Shown here: positions 37,789-51,829 of the stretch, in pieces
How the letters are laid out: every line of letters begins with the position of its first letter
Position numbering within the stretch: the first letter of the stretch is position 1
Assembly (NCBI GenBank): GCA_011109175.1
Contig: RDEW01000009.1
Location: 1,382,950-1,446,949, forward strand
Reading direction: 5' to 3'
Length of the DNA stretch: 64,000 nucleotides
Source: Dicyema japonicum
Lineage: Eukaryota > Animalia > Dicyemida
The notes under the pieces: model-generated
The model's database searches: none
The model's input: the letters and a program-made list of their open reading frames with translations, nothing else
Told to the model about the DNA's origin: nothing
Position numbers and translations under genes: made by a program

Positions 37789-40492
37789 TTAAACAGAGAA
37801 ATTAATGTTGTGTGTAAGTTGTTCTACAGTGTACAGTAGAGAATTAATCATTCCATACTCATCACAGTTTCTATCAATTAATGAAGCTCCAATATTATTT
37901 AATTGATATTTTAATTCTTCTAGAACTACTGAGCGAATTTTTTCATTATTAAACTGTGCTTGTTGTTCAAGTAATCCCTTCTAGAAAAATACAACTACAA
38001 CCAACCCTTAGCACAGACACGTAGTATGACGTCATCTGTTTTCTGTAGTTCGGAAAAGTACTAAGATTTGATACCAGAATTGTCATCAAATGACATAGAA
38101 AGGTTGAAACGAATGAAAAATTAGCGGCATCTACAAATACAACTATTAAAATACTAATTATAGGATTATTTAATTCCATTTTTTCATTAATCACAAAGGA
38201 TGAAACATAATACACAATAAATCTAAATTCATTGAAAGTCGAATGAACAGCCACCTTTATTTTACAACAAAATTACCGAAATGGCAGCAAAGATGAGCTT
38301 AGTGTAATCACAATTAAACGCACGATAATTAAGGAAGCACCCAGAACGGGCAATGTTGACCAAATCACAAACAGAGCTCAACTCTTGAGGATCCCCGGCA
38401 TTCAACTCACTAAATAAGCACCAATATTACCGAGATGCAACTTCACTAGAAGAAACACCAGCAATCTTTTTCATGTAAAAATGAGTCAAAAGTGAGAGCT
38501 GGTTGTCCTGGTTTAAAACAGCTAAAATTAAAAAAATAAAAACCCAAAATAATCTCAGGTAGTTTACCATGAGAATTAACATTGAAAAAATCCGTAAATG
38601 AGTTGATAACTTTGTTTTTAATATTCCAAACATGATGAGGGTCTTCAATCAATTCGCTATTCTGTTTAAACAGGAAATGAGTTTTATCGAGCATAAATAA
38701 CATAAATTTAATGACTTCCTCGATAAGGTCAGCACGTGAGTCAGCGAAATAAGCAGAAAAGGTCTGCAATTACGAATAAAACAACCGTCAATGTTGATAA
38801 AATTTGGCAGACTCTCTGGATTTCCATAGAAAAGTTAAACTTGTCGATAAAATTTTTAATTACATAGGCATGAAAATTACCAGAAAATTCTCCACATGCT
38901 TTCTAAAAGTGAATACAACAAAAACTGAGAACAGAATGCTTAGGCGTTCTGAGAGGAGTGACTCATCGACATTACAGTTTATTACAACTTCACTCAGAGT
39001 CACCAGTAAATCAGTATTTTGGATAAATTCAGAATATATTTTGTCGAGTTTAATTTTCTAAAAATGAAAATTTAATACAAACTGGCTTCACCAAAGTGAA
39101 CGATTCGATTAACTTTTTGAGAGTTCTTTCATAATCGGCGAAAAAACTCCACTCGATGAAAATGTCACTTTTTGGTGGTCTTACTCCGTCAGTCACGTGT
39201 AAAGCATCCTCGCCCAAATTGCAACGTAGATGCTTTAGTGATTTTCGAAAATCCTGAGATTGGTCTTTAAAAAGATCGAAAAGAAGCTTGAATTAAGTTA
39301 TTCTAGTAAACCTGATACCCTCCGTGAGATTTAAAGCATTTTAATAATCGGAGGATGCTCCCCCAAATTTCAGGGGTATTAAATTTTGCGTTATTTTTAC
39401 TCAATCTTGGAGAAATAATACAAAATCTACAAATATACTGCAAAACTACATTTCTTCTTTGTCTTTGTGACTCAGCCAATTATTTACTTCAACAAAATTT
39501 ATAAGAAAATCGAGAATTCCTTCAAAAATAAACCAAAATACTAGAAAAGTCGATATTTGAGTCAAAAAGAGTGACGATTGATTTTATGACGGCCACAAAG
39601 ACTCTAAACTGGGAGGCAGACAGATTGATAAAATCGTCAGCTGACAGATTGAAGACACTAATCAACTCTTTTTGAAGATTTTTACAGTTTTGTGAGAACA
39701 AGCCACCATCAATGAGAAACAATCCCATGGATGAAGATTCCTCGTTAAAAAAATTTTCGACGACAATTTTTACGACCAACTCCTTCTTAACCTTTTCATT
39801 CAAAATAATGATCCCAATTTTGTCGGTAAATTCTCGACTGAATGAAAGCGACTCCTCAAATTTAGTCTTAGTTTCAGACTGACTAACAAAATTTGAGTAC
39901 ACCTCCAAAATGAACGGAGGAGTGAAGTGACCCAACAGGGCTTTCAAAACGTTACTCGAAACTTTGAGCTGGGAGGGAGAAGAGGGAAAAGAAATGAGGT
40001 CGTTAGAAAACATGTATCTGAATATGGTTTGATATTTGGTTGGGAGTAGAGCTGTTTGAGACTCACTTAGTAAAATTTTCACAAATTCATCGAAAACCAG
40101 AAATTGAAGGTCAAGTGAAATATAGTCGAGAATCTAGGAATAAAAAAGACCAAACTTGAATAAAATGACTAATCCAGTCAAATTGTAGCATTATAAGCAA
40201 GTAAAAGCGGATTGAAAGGGAAGTGGTGGGAGGATTCAGGTCGTTGAGTGAATTCAAAGAAGGAAAACCAACAGAGTGACATGACATGTTGAAAAACCAT
40301 AGATTTAACGACCTGATTGATTCAGTATCTTCACGTTTTAAAATATTATTAATTAAAGGCTTAAGATTTGTCTTTATGAATGTTTTGATGTTTTTATAAT
40401 CTTCGTTTGGGGCATTTTTGTTCTAAAATAATAAAATAATTCACCTTAAAGTTATTTAGGATTGAGCAAATTTTTGAAAAGTGGTCACTCAT
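37789..40492 (-). CDS. Uncharacterised ~800-aa Leu/Phe-rich, probably alpha-helical protein
   Basis: From ATG 40492 (MSDHFSKICSILNNFK), about 13 GT-AG introns of 21-25 nt link ORFs 39522-40082, 38446-38769 and 37967-38254 into one frame ending ...HNINFSV* at 37789. Confidence 0.75.
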
Positions 40493-40619
40493 GTGTCCCA
40501 ACCAGAAAATAATTTTTAAATATGGTCAATTTTTAAAATAATGATTATAAAGAATAAATCAAATAAATTAAAGTGTAATTTAACAAATTCTTTTTTAATC
40601 GGTTTCAAAAGAGACCGGT

Positions 40620-41470
40620 CTACATCAACACACTCACTTCATTGAACCAGTTCATTATTGAAGGCTTTTCTGCAAAACCACATCTAAAATCTGTTTCATG
40701 CTCTCTCAACCTACAAAAGGCCTTCGATTCTGTATCCAGAAAAATCCTTACTCAAAAAATATTTCGACTATCCATCAACTCAAACATAAAATTATGGCTT
40801 TCAAATTTCCTCAGCGGAAGAAGAGGGCGTGTATGCTTGGATGGAATTCGATCAGTCTTAAGATTACTTCCAAATGGAGTTCCCCAAGGTTCCCCCTGTC
40901 TCCTGCCTCATTCAACTTATACCTTTCCGACATTCCCAACCCAGTTATGGAAGACTAGATAATTCTCGCTTATGTTGATGACCTATTCATTATGTCACGT
41001 GATAAAGACCTCACGAATGCTTCAAAAAAGTACAAGGACTTGTCAAATTCAAACTTGGCTACACCAAAACCGGATGAACATATCTCCCGGAAAATCCTCC
41101 ATCACTCTATTTAACTCGGACAAAAGGCTCGGAAGATGTACCGTAGATCTATTCCTGGACAACGAAAAAATCTCTTTTTTACGAAGAACCCTATAATTCT
41201 GGGGGTCACTTTTGATACCCACATGTGTTTTTCTGCCCATATTGAGAAGACCATTGGAACTTCTCAAAGGAAAATTGGTTTAATCAAAACCATATTTGGT
41301 GGAATAAAAAGCCCATTCCCTGCTCTCGGTATTCTCTATAAGCAATTCATCGAGCCGACTATCAGTTATGCCTGTGCAGCATGAAGAATTATCTCTCGTG
41401 GATCAACCATCTTAAAGTTGATAACACCCTATGTCGAGCTGCGACTACCATAATGCACATCGCAAAGCTG
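40620..41470 (+). mobile_element. Jockey/I-group LINE RT fragment, frameshifted
   Basis: LQKAFDSV, LPNGVPQGSPLSPASFNLYLSD, YVDD and ILGVTFD. The same family occurs at 11430-11700 (-), 43930-44230 (-) and 49940-50520 (-). Confidence 0.85.
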
Positions 41471-42110
41471 AACAAATTAATACTATAATGATGACTTCCG
41501 TAAATATAAATTAATCCTAAATTTTTAATAAAGTTCTTTCGGATTGCTGTTATGAACTTTCGGTTTATCGAAGCCTGTTTGTATGGAAACTTTGTAAAAT
41601 TTTGCTGCATCATCAAAAAATTCGGATTGCTGAAGTTCGGATTAATGGGGATTTACTGTATTTATATTTGATTTCTTTCAACAAAACTATCCAAGAACAC
41701 GAGATTATGCAGATGACGTAGTAATTCTCCTGTATATGTCTAAAACACGAACTTTTAAAGGAAGACTCGTGCAGTATGTGAACTTTGTTGATTTGGGACG
41801 AAGTGTTGTTTTCTCTCTCAGAAAGAAACAAAAGATAAGCCATAAAGTTTACTTACCGGATGAGACCCAATACGATGTTAAATGAGGATAATAATTACTA
41901 AGACGAAAGAAAATGTCTGTAAAGGAAGGGAATAATGACCTTCCGCAAGAAAAATTTGTGACCTTTTTTTTGTATTTTCAGTGGATTAAGCAAATTGAGA
42001 GACCCCAATAAAGAGTCCAGACTCATGATATATCAGTGTTGTTTTAACCTTTTTTGTATGCCCCTGTAAAACAATTTTCTCCCCGTCAATAATTTATCGC
42101 CCCCATAATA

Positions 42111-43669
42111 TGTCACATGGGCAACCTGAAGTCTATGGGAAACCTGTTTTTTACGTGTTTCAATGGTAACCAGAGATATACTACATATTATGGAATATCA
42201 ATCCATCGTGAGAATTCAAAATGGTGATCCTTTACAGACATCTTCAAGACAGGCGAAATACAAATAATGAAAAAATCCGAGAAATTCATTGTCATTGATG
42301 GTCGATTATACCTTAAAGACGGAAAATTTGAAAACCTGATAGACACTACATCCCTATGCGGCCGCTGTTCTTTAGATAGACACAACGTTCATCAAAGTAT
42401 GATTTTTCTATTGGAAATGAAGTATTTTAGTGGATATATTTAGATACGAGTTTTAAAGGATTATGGGACAAATCCATCGCTAAAGTTGAGCAGAATTGAT
42501 TTTTTGATAAGAAATGACAAGTGACATGTGATCGATAGGTGAAATGTAACCAGCAGTGGATGGGTAACCCGTGAGGGACGCGACATAATATGACTTTCTT
42601 GTAACTATTATAAGAACAACATTAATTCTAAATAAAAAAATTAATTCAAACTGTATTTATTAAATGGCTAACCTGATTCTTTTAATTTTAACAGCATTGC
42701 ATTTAAATAAATAAAAATAAACAGCATTGCATTAGTGATTTTTTATGTCTCAATTTAGGTGGTATATCAGAGATCTTGTCGAATATGAAAATTTAAACAG
42801 ATCTTATGTGGAATCGATTCTGAAGATATAAGTACTCAAATGAAACAGAGAGTAGAAAAGGCCTCACATTTTCCGCTTAGAAACGATAAGTTTAATTCTG
42901 ATTATAATTTAGACTTTTCTTGAAAGGAAAGACAGAAAAATTGAAATCTGGTTGGAGTGGGACTAACTACAATAGTTGATCAGAGGTGCCGAAGGTGGAA
43001 GTCGTTAAGCTCCTAGGTACTCTGGCTACCTATGCCAAAGGAAGAGTTATCAAACGCGGAGAATCCCACTTGTTGCTAGGAATCAGGAATGAGGACGACG
43101 CTTCTGCTGTCAATACTAAGGTACTTTTTGGCCCCGGGGCACACAACATGTCACGGGTCATTTCTAAGGCTTCGGATTCAATAGTGCTAGTCTTCGGAGT
43201 CCCTCTGGATTTCGTAGATGATAATGTAGTCGAACACATCAAGAAAGACTCCACAAGCGGGGGAGGAGACTCCAGACCATGATGGTCTGTCTTCGCTCCG
43301 GAACAGAGGCAGAGAGGATCTGAATTGCGGGTGTCCAAATTCGCGAGGCTTGCCAATCAAAAGTCAGATCTCTCAAGTGTGTGAACTATGGCTAGGAGGA
43401 ACACAGGGCTGGCCATTCAAGATGCCCCCGTACTAAAAGGCTACGAAGAAGGCACTAAGGAGAGAAATGCGCCGAAGATATTTTTCAAATTTATGTATAA
43501 ATTGAATTTTCTGATGGAAGAAGAAGATTGATTTTAATGTCAAGACTTAAAAATAATTGTTTTTTATTATTTTAAATAAATTCTTTGTTAAATCTAGCAA
43601 TTGATATCTTGTTACCATGGAAACACATAAAAAACAGGTTGCCTATAGGCATCAGCCACCCATGTGACA
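42111..43669 (+). mobile_element. Non-autonomous Ginger-type element carrying a nested LINE ORF1 fragment
   Basis: ~60-bp imperfect TIRs (TGTCACATGGG...CCCATGTGACA) with flanks TAATA/CAATA. Internal KKSEKFIVIDGRLYLKDGK resembles the N-terminus of the 16256 transposase. A degenerate CCHC knuckle (KCVNYG..EHRAGHSRCP) lies at ~43375-43430. Confidence 0.75.
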
Positions 43670-44240
43670 CAATATAATTAATAAGTAATTTTTATCAAAC
43701 TTTGGTGGAGATTTACCAGATGCTCTATATGTAAGATTATTTTAGTAAGAGCTACTATGTCTCCTTTTTTGCAGATACTCAAATTATTACGTTTTTCCCA
43801 GGCAGATGTTCTCACTGTTCAACAAAATTCCCTTCTTGTTAGAAAACACATATATTATTACAACTGGTCATTTTGAATCCTCGAAACTATTCTATGACGT
43901 CACTAAATGTTTTACTATAGCGAAATGGATATCCAGTCGTGGTTTGATTCTGTCGTGACTGAGAGGGTTCAGTCTCTGGGATTGTTCTTAGAATCCGAAT
44001 TTGATCACCAAGGGTAAAAATAATTCTCCTTATGTTTGTGGAAACCCATGTGTTTTACACCTGTCAAGGAATTGTGAACTGAAAATCTTGAAATGATCCC
44101 TGATTGAGAAATTTTTGATTCCAATTGTAGGTGATCAGTTGGTGTGGTTTTTAGACAGCCAGTAATTATTATTAAAGCAGAGTTTTGAGTGTATTTTTTG
44201 GACGTTTGCTATTGATAAACAGGACCTTAGGAACATCAAA

Positions 44241-44532
44241 AGTGACTTAGGTTACGGGTTCGATTCTCGCTGCTGTTCACCTGGTGGAAGGTTCAACGCC
44301 TCTACGATGCTAAAAGGGTTTGACGAGTGACGCCGTAATCAGTGGATACTCACTGCGGAACTAGATTGTCTAGATAGGATCCACACACAAGAAAAGAAAA
44401 AAAGAAGTGAAGATCATTCCTTGGCCCTACGATTAGTTAAAATTAACTGTTCTTTACTTAAATAAAGTGTGTGTCCTGCCTATGCTGAGCTATAAATATT
44501 ATGACTCTCGTGAAAAGGCTGTTATTATTAAT
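44241..44532 (+). mobile_element. tRNA-derived SINE, 5'-truncated copy (older diverged copy at ~47011-47250)
   Basis: B box, body and full 3' tail match the 12761 copy. Confidence 0.85.
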
Positions 44533-44964
44533 TAGGTTCTTGCAGGACCATTGAAACAAAAGTTACACAATTGTGATATCGTCGGCATAAAAAAGAAGAA
44601 ATGTGTCCTGGTTAGTTGGTAAGCTTGATAGATGAAGATTAAACAAGGTCGGAGATAGGACCGAACTTTGAGGAACTCCGTTTGGTAGGTATCGATGATG
44701 AGAGTTGACATAATAAAGGAACTACCAAGGCTACCAGAGAGGAGCCGCCGGTTTCTTTTACTTAAAGGGACAGGGGGTAAATAAAATTATAATTTTAATA
44801 TGGAAAACAAATTTTATCGGAGATGGTGACGTTCCTCGACTACACGAACGTCTTCAACACACCCTGGAGAAATCGACTTAAGATATTCAATATTGGAGGA
44901 ATTTCCTCTTCTTTTTGAAGAACTTAGCTGACCAAGGATCGCATAAAATAGCATTCATCTAAAT

Positions 44965-45552
44965 CAGGGTTTCCCAAAGTGGGCGATAAGAAATTCAAAG
45001 GGGGCGTTTATGAGTAAATCGTTTATCGGGGACGATTTTAATTACAAGGGGGCGATTATAAATTATTCGTAAAATTTATATCAGAATTTTAGTATGGTGA
45101 ACTTGTAATTTTAAATTGACACTAGCGTGATTTGCAGTGTATTTGTATTATTCAACAATGGAGCAAGATACATTAAATAAAAAAATTCGTTAATATAATA
45201 TTCAATATTTAAAATATGGTTTCATCGCACCTTTTGTTTATTATGCTCAAAGTTATTTTCTAACGAGGCTATGAAGTCTTCTAGATTAAGTCAGCATTTA
45301 CGAAGGGTTCTTATATTTTATTAAATTATAGGTCCATTCAAATTATTTTAATTAGACGTTTTTCCTAAAGTTTCGGGGGAAACAAAAAAATCAACTGAGC
45401 ATGGAGAAAATATTCTCCAGTAATAATAAACGTAGTGCCGTTGTTGCATTTTTTTATTTCCAACTCGTTACTATATAGGTTTTCCCGGTGGGCGATATTT
45501 CTTAAAAGTTTGTTAAAGGGGGCGATGACCTGAATAAGTTTGGGAACCCCTG
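44965..45552 (+). mobile_element. hAT (Charlie/Buster-type) internally deleted element
   Basis: TIRs CAGGGTTTCCCAAA / TTTGGGAACCCCTG, perfect 8-bp TSD ATCTAAAT, and a BED-finger remnant KYGFI...SNEAMKSSRLSQHL. Confidence 0.9.
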
Positions 45553-47686
45553 ATCTAAATAGTACATAAAATAACATTCAAGTCGAGAAATCAACCTTTG
45601 AACAAGTGGATGAACGTTCTGACGATACATGTTGGAAAATCGTTGAATCCACTATTTATTAGGAAGTTTAGAAATCCTAGAAGTTTTAAAATTTTAATCC
45701 AGAAGATCACAACGTTATGTACTCATCATCCCAGAATGCTGGATGACAATGAAAAATTGAAAACTTAAAAAAGAAAATCTCTATTCTCCTCGGCAATGCT
45801 ACATGTCAGAAATACAAATTCGTTCAAATTGAGTTACTCTTCTGCCAAAGAATTCTACTTGGATAATGAAATAAAATCTTTTAAAGGCAATTCAAAATTA
45901 TAGAGTTTATAAGCTTTATCTACGAAGAAGATTATTTTTTTGGAACCCCTTTAAGTCATTTTACGGCACGGATTTTAATATCCGATGCAAAATATTTACA
46001 ACAAAGAAAACAATCTCAATCATCAAAGCGATGTATACTAAATTATAAAGGAATTATTGCATGAGGAAGAAATAAATGATGAAATATAATGGTAAATCAA
46101 GAGAAAATGAAACAATCAAAGGAAGTCTCAAACAAATTAATGATATGGAAGAATCCATTTTAGATATTCCATTTTAGAAAAACTTTAAAAAAAATATGAA
46201 TTTAGTAGAATTTGAGCGAATCTCCCTCGCCATCCTGAGAGTGAATATCCACGCAGTCAGGGCATTCGCTATATGACCATTTACTCTCTTTTCAGGGCAT
46301 TCGCCTTAATAAATAAAAAAATTTAGTAGAATTGAACATTTTTTGCTAATATGCCAATAAAATTTGTTAAGTTTTTTTTTTTTATAGATTATTATTTCAT
46401 AAAGTCATGTTATTCATAATTTTATGTCAAAACCTCGGTTTTTGGAACGCTTGGTGTCCAAATCGAAGTCGGACTGTATATGTTTCTGACTCCAATTTCA
46501 TTATCTTCCATGTGTGGTGATCAAGAAAGACTAAAAGTTTATTGGAAGTATCAAAGATTGGTACGCACCCATTCCTGATGAACGTGTACATCGAGACACG
46601 TTTCTCATATGAATGCGCCTTGTGAGGAAAATCGAGGAAATGAGAGAGGGCTTTCAGAGTAACGGAGCGTTGTACTTGTGGTGATAACCGGACCGACGCC
46701 TCTGAAGACCCTTATGAGACTAGACTCTAGAATGCGACTCCGTAAATTCAGTCAGCTGTGAGCTGCACAAGGGAGAAACATCGGCCAAAGATGAGATCAC
46801 TGTTGAAATGCATCGGGATCTTAGTTTGGATTTACCATGTTTTTGGGTTGTTAATAACAGTTCTTGGGTTCATTAAAAGTGTGTATTTGAAACAAACTTC
46901 AGCACATTACATTTTGTACCACGAATAATAGCTACTGATGTTGTTTCTTAGAGTTGTCTATTAATTGTTTTTCAATATCAAAAATTAATAATTAGAATCT
47001 ATTAAAAACTCCGGTTCGAATCCCGATGCTGTACATTCGGTTGGAGGTTCCATGCATCTACGATGCTTTGGGATTGACAAGTGACTCAGTCATTAGTGTT
47101 TCAACAGTGCGGAACTGGATTGTCTTTTGGAACCCGCACACAAACAAAAAGAAGAGAACAAGAAGTAAAAAACACTTTCAATGTCTTAGATACTCCTTGG
47201 GTTAATTAATTAACATTTCTGTTCTTACTTCTTAAATAAAGCGTGAGTTCTGTCTAAGGTGGGTTAAAGTAATGGAAACATTACCTACTCCTAGCCGGGA
47301 GGGCTGTGTTTTTTACTCAACAGCATCGAATATAGTGGAAAAACCTTTAAAATAACATTATCAATATTCATATCTCTCATTTTCTTATCTTCATTACGGC
47401 ACAGTTTTTTCTTCAAATACTGCCTCACTCTTTATTATGAATCTTAACATTCATTATTTCTCCGAGTCTCTGTGAAATATTTTAGATAACTTCATTAAAA
47501 AATAGTCGAACTATGGGTACATCAATAAAAGAATGGGGGCCAATAGTGATTTACGGATCTTTTAGTGGTCCTTGAAATTTTTAAATTTATTGAACTAAAA
47601 TACACGTTCATGGTAATCCTTGAGCTATATTTCTGAATAAGAAAATAAATTAGTTAGAAATTAAGCATCATTAATGACCGCAGACA

Positions 47687-49803
47687 TCAGTAATTACTTA
47701 AGGGTACTATTTCATATCCATATCCAGAAAATGTATTTTCCTTAGTCGCATTTATTTTTCGTTTTGCAATGATTACAAAGATTCCGAATGTTATCAAGGC
47801 TACAAAAATTGAAGATGCGATCCATACAAAAGACATCATTGTTAAGTTGTTTGGTTTTTTATCTATTTTTGCCGTGGTAGAAGTTGTTGAAATTATGGTT
47901 TCAAATTGAAGGACAAAATAATATTTAAACGTCGAGTATTTTCGTGACGAAAACTCAATATTAAGTTTGTAATTCACTGGTAATTGAATTATTGTTAAAG
48001 ATCCACTTTGGAGATCAAGTTTAAAGTACTTGTAAGATTCATTTGAAATGGAATATTCCATGTCGGTGATTTGTTCTGAATAAAATTTAGCAGTGTTCAC
48101 AATGAAATCCCCAACCTTCATTTTAGAACTATTAAATGTACTTCCTGTGCCTAACAAAAATCCACGATAGTGATATTTAAACATATTATTGAAACTTATG
48201 ACTTTAATGAAGCAATTTGTTTGAGTGAATAGTTGTTGCGGTCCCGAGTCATACGCCTCGATGATAACATTATATATTGTTTTTTTGGTTGTTCTCTTAT
48301 TTGTATAAATTATTCCAGTGTTTGAATCTATTTTGAATAAATTATCAGAGTTGTTCTTCGAAGGACATTCAATAATACTCAAATCATTGATTGCATGCAT
48401 TCTATATTTTACATGCGAGTTTTCTTCTGAGTCGCTGTCTTGTGCTTTCATGGTGAACAGTGATTGTTCTGGTGGGGAGTTTAACATTAAATAATATCCA
48501 CAAGCATTGTCAATGAATAAGGGTGGATTATCATTGACGTCAAGTATTTCAATATTTCTTGTAATCGTTTCTTTACCGTTTACTAATATTACAGACATTT
48601 TAACAGTTTTTTCAGACTCATAGTCAAATATTCTGTTTGTTAATGCATAATATGAATTCTTATCGAAAACAAAGTTAGTTGTATCTCTAATATCCCAATA
48701 CTCATAAATTTCAATATTAACCGCAGTGTTCAGTGGCACATTTTCGTAGATTTTCAAGTTCATGGGAGCATTTGAAATGTTTTTAATCTTAAAAATAATA
48801 TTTAATAAATTACTGTCAAGTTTGTCGTGTAAACGCTCTGTCCGCGATCCCATGAATCACGACATCCATCATCAGTCAATTTAATACATGTAATATTAAT
48901 AGTGGTGACAGGAATCCCACTATTATAGTTATTCGCGTACACGTTATATTCAATTAAATGCAGCCAAACTTAACCGAATAGAATGTGAGTTTGGAATACA
49001 AACAGTATCACTTGAGGATGCCAACAAAGTCCCCAGCAAATTAAGACTGAAAATATTGGATTCTGGTTTCCAAGAAAATACTATATTATTTTCTGAGACA
49101 GTATTGGCGTATTTGGAGTTTTGATGGTTAATTTTAATATCAATATATTCTAGATGCTCCAATACATGATTGTCAATGGCAATAATTCTGAGTCGTACCA
49201 TAGTTCCAGGCGTTACATAGGCAAGACATTTTATAGTTAAGCTTGTGGGATTTTCAATTAATTGAAAATCCTGGCTTCCAAACAATGTATATCTAATGAT
49301 ATCGTTTCTGTCTGCATCTTTGGCTTTTGGGATCGTTAATTTTGTCCCACGTTTCAAGTCGATATTATTAAAATGTTTTATTCGACTATCAAACTTCGGT
49401 TTATTGTCATTTATGTCCAATACCTGAAATTCAACACTGAAATCATACTTTCACTATTAAGTATACAAGTAAATTTTCAGATTTATTTAAAAGAAACAAA
49501 TCACAGCTGAATTCATAATTTTTGTAAATCAGGACATTGTCATCATAGTCAATCCTCACTTTAATCTTAATATGCCTATCAAGTGTTACCTTAATATCGC
49601 CGGAGTTGTCCATTGATAAATAATAACATTTTATTGATTTATCATAGTCATTACAGTTAATTCTTATATCCTCACATAAATTACCAATTTTATGCCCAAT
49701 TGGCAACTCTTCGTGGATTGTGTAGTGAATATTATATGAACATGTCAGAGTTATCCATATCACACAAATCAGTGGGTTCTATTTGATTATCAATAACAAC
49801 CAT
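47687..49803 (-). CDS. Divergent protocadherin-like single-pass membrane protein
   Basis: ATG then intron 49779-49800 gives a signal peptide NPLICVIWITLTCS and an EC1-like YTIHEELPIGHKIGNL. Cadherin motifs VLDINDNKPKF, ILDVNDNPPLF, AQDSD and AYDSG. TM FVWIASSIFVALITFGIFVIIA followed by KRK. Further introns of 25, 55 and 26 nt. The 3' end may extend beyond 47687. Confidence 0.85.
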
Positions 49804-51829
49804 TTCTATCCTGGTGCTTCATCATGTTAAATTTGATTATATACCCAAATTGACGTGAGTTGTAAGATGATATATCCAACATAATATTGTTCAATTTCAA
49901 GATCTCTTGTTTCTGACTTTTTTGTAATTGGACACGCCTGTTCATGTTTGCCGTTTTGACCTTTCCAGGGATCTTGTTTGGTAAATTTTCAAGTAAGAAT
50001 CCTCCTTGACAGAGTCAAAGGCTTTGTGGACGTCTATGGAGCAAAGTACAGTTTTCATGTGTTTCGGCCTGTGCGAGAAACCATATCGTATAAAGTAAGT
50101 CAATGCAAATATGTGGGTCAAAGTAGACCTCTCATATTTAAAACCATGTTGAAATGACAAATCCGGGAAGAAATTTTTGATTTTCGCAAGAACCAGCCTT
50201 TCCAGAATTTTCGAAACCGAACACAATAACGCGACCGGTCTGTATGAAGCTGGGTCCTTCTGTCATTTTGAGCCCCTGTCTCGGCTAAAGTCCTTAGCTT
50301 TTCGAAGTGATCCTTCGTCCGATATTAGAAAGAAAAACGTCCGCCATCTCCATGATCCCGGAAGTCATATCAAAATAGGCAATAAATGATAGTTTTTTCT
50401 GAGAGATTCGTACTTCCAGATTTTCCCGTACTCTGCTTTTTCTGCCGCATCTCCTGTTAAGTGTGTAGTCAGTGACCTGACCTCAAAAAACATGTTCACA
50501 CAAATGGCGTCCCAAACTAGTGAATAGCGTGGCAGTATTAAAATAATGGTATCCCATCTGACCTCTTCACATCGCCTCTGCCCAGTTGAGCTAGAAACTC
50601 CGCTGCTTTGAATTTTTTACTTTTCTGACGTCATTTTACTTTTCTGAAAAAGTGAAAGAAATCCTGAGTCAGACGAAGTTAACACATTCACATGGGCCGA
50701 AGGTGATTTCTATCAAACTCCCGAAAAATCTGTGTTATTCAGACCAATTTCACTTCTATGCTCAATATCCAAAATTTTGTAGAAGCTCATACTTGTAAAG
50801 TCCAGAACAGACAGTTCCAGCATGGAGTTAAAAAGACCGATCAATCACCAGTCATCTAAATTCTCTAAGTGACTTAATTTGAAATTTCTTGATCAATAAT
50901 TAAAACTTTTCAATTATTTTTTTAATATTAAAACAAAAAATGTAATAGAATAAATTATGAAAATTGCCACGTTGTTTTTGTGTGTCTTTTTTGCACTTAC
51001 ATAGTGCCTCCATTTTGTGATGGTGGTTTCCCAATAGTGCTATAACACTGTGTCTTTTTAACGAAAACACTACATTAATAAACTTCTGTTCAACATTTAT
51101 AGTGACATCCAAGAATACTGGAATTGACCCTGAAGCCATTACTCTCTATCTTCCAACGTTGCAGTGGCCTCTGGAAACTCAATGTCATTAAAACCTTGCT
51201 AAACTCGATCTCATTGCAATTTTTGGCACTCACAAATAATCATTAGATATGCTGGGATTTACTGCCCGGACCAATGTCAAGTGTTTGACAGTAACGACCA
51301 TTGGCAATTAATTGAGGTGGAACTTATTACTAGTCTACAAGTACTGGACTCTGGGAGTCCTTAAAGAATATGTTGAACAGTGTTTTCAGGAAAGTATTAT
51401 TAATTAATTAACCCCGGATACACCGAGATAGAAGTTAAAGTAGACAACTAATTAAGTGTATCCAGTTTCCACTTCTACAGAGACAGAGTCCATCCGGAAT
51501 CAACATAAAAAGAAAAAGACGTCCATACTTGCAGTTGTGGAAACCCCTCCAGTGGAGTGGGGGAGAGCAAATGATCCTTTTTCGTGCCGGCCAGCCACGG
51601 GGCGCCACCTGGACAGGTGGATCACATGACGGCACTCTAATAGGAAGAGTGAGGAGAAACAAACAAACATAAAACTTAAACCAATTAGCCACGCAGCACC
51701 TCATGGCTCCACCCGGGGTAATTTTTTTCACTAAAATTGTTTTTTTTATAGAATCTGAATGGACTTCATATGAGGGATATTACTAATTTATTTTAAGAAT
51801 TAAAAATATTAGAGTTATGACTAGACTAA

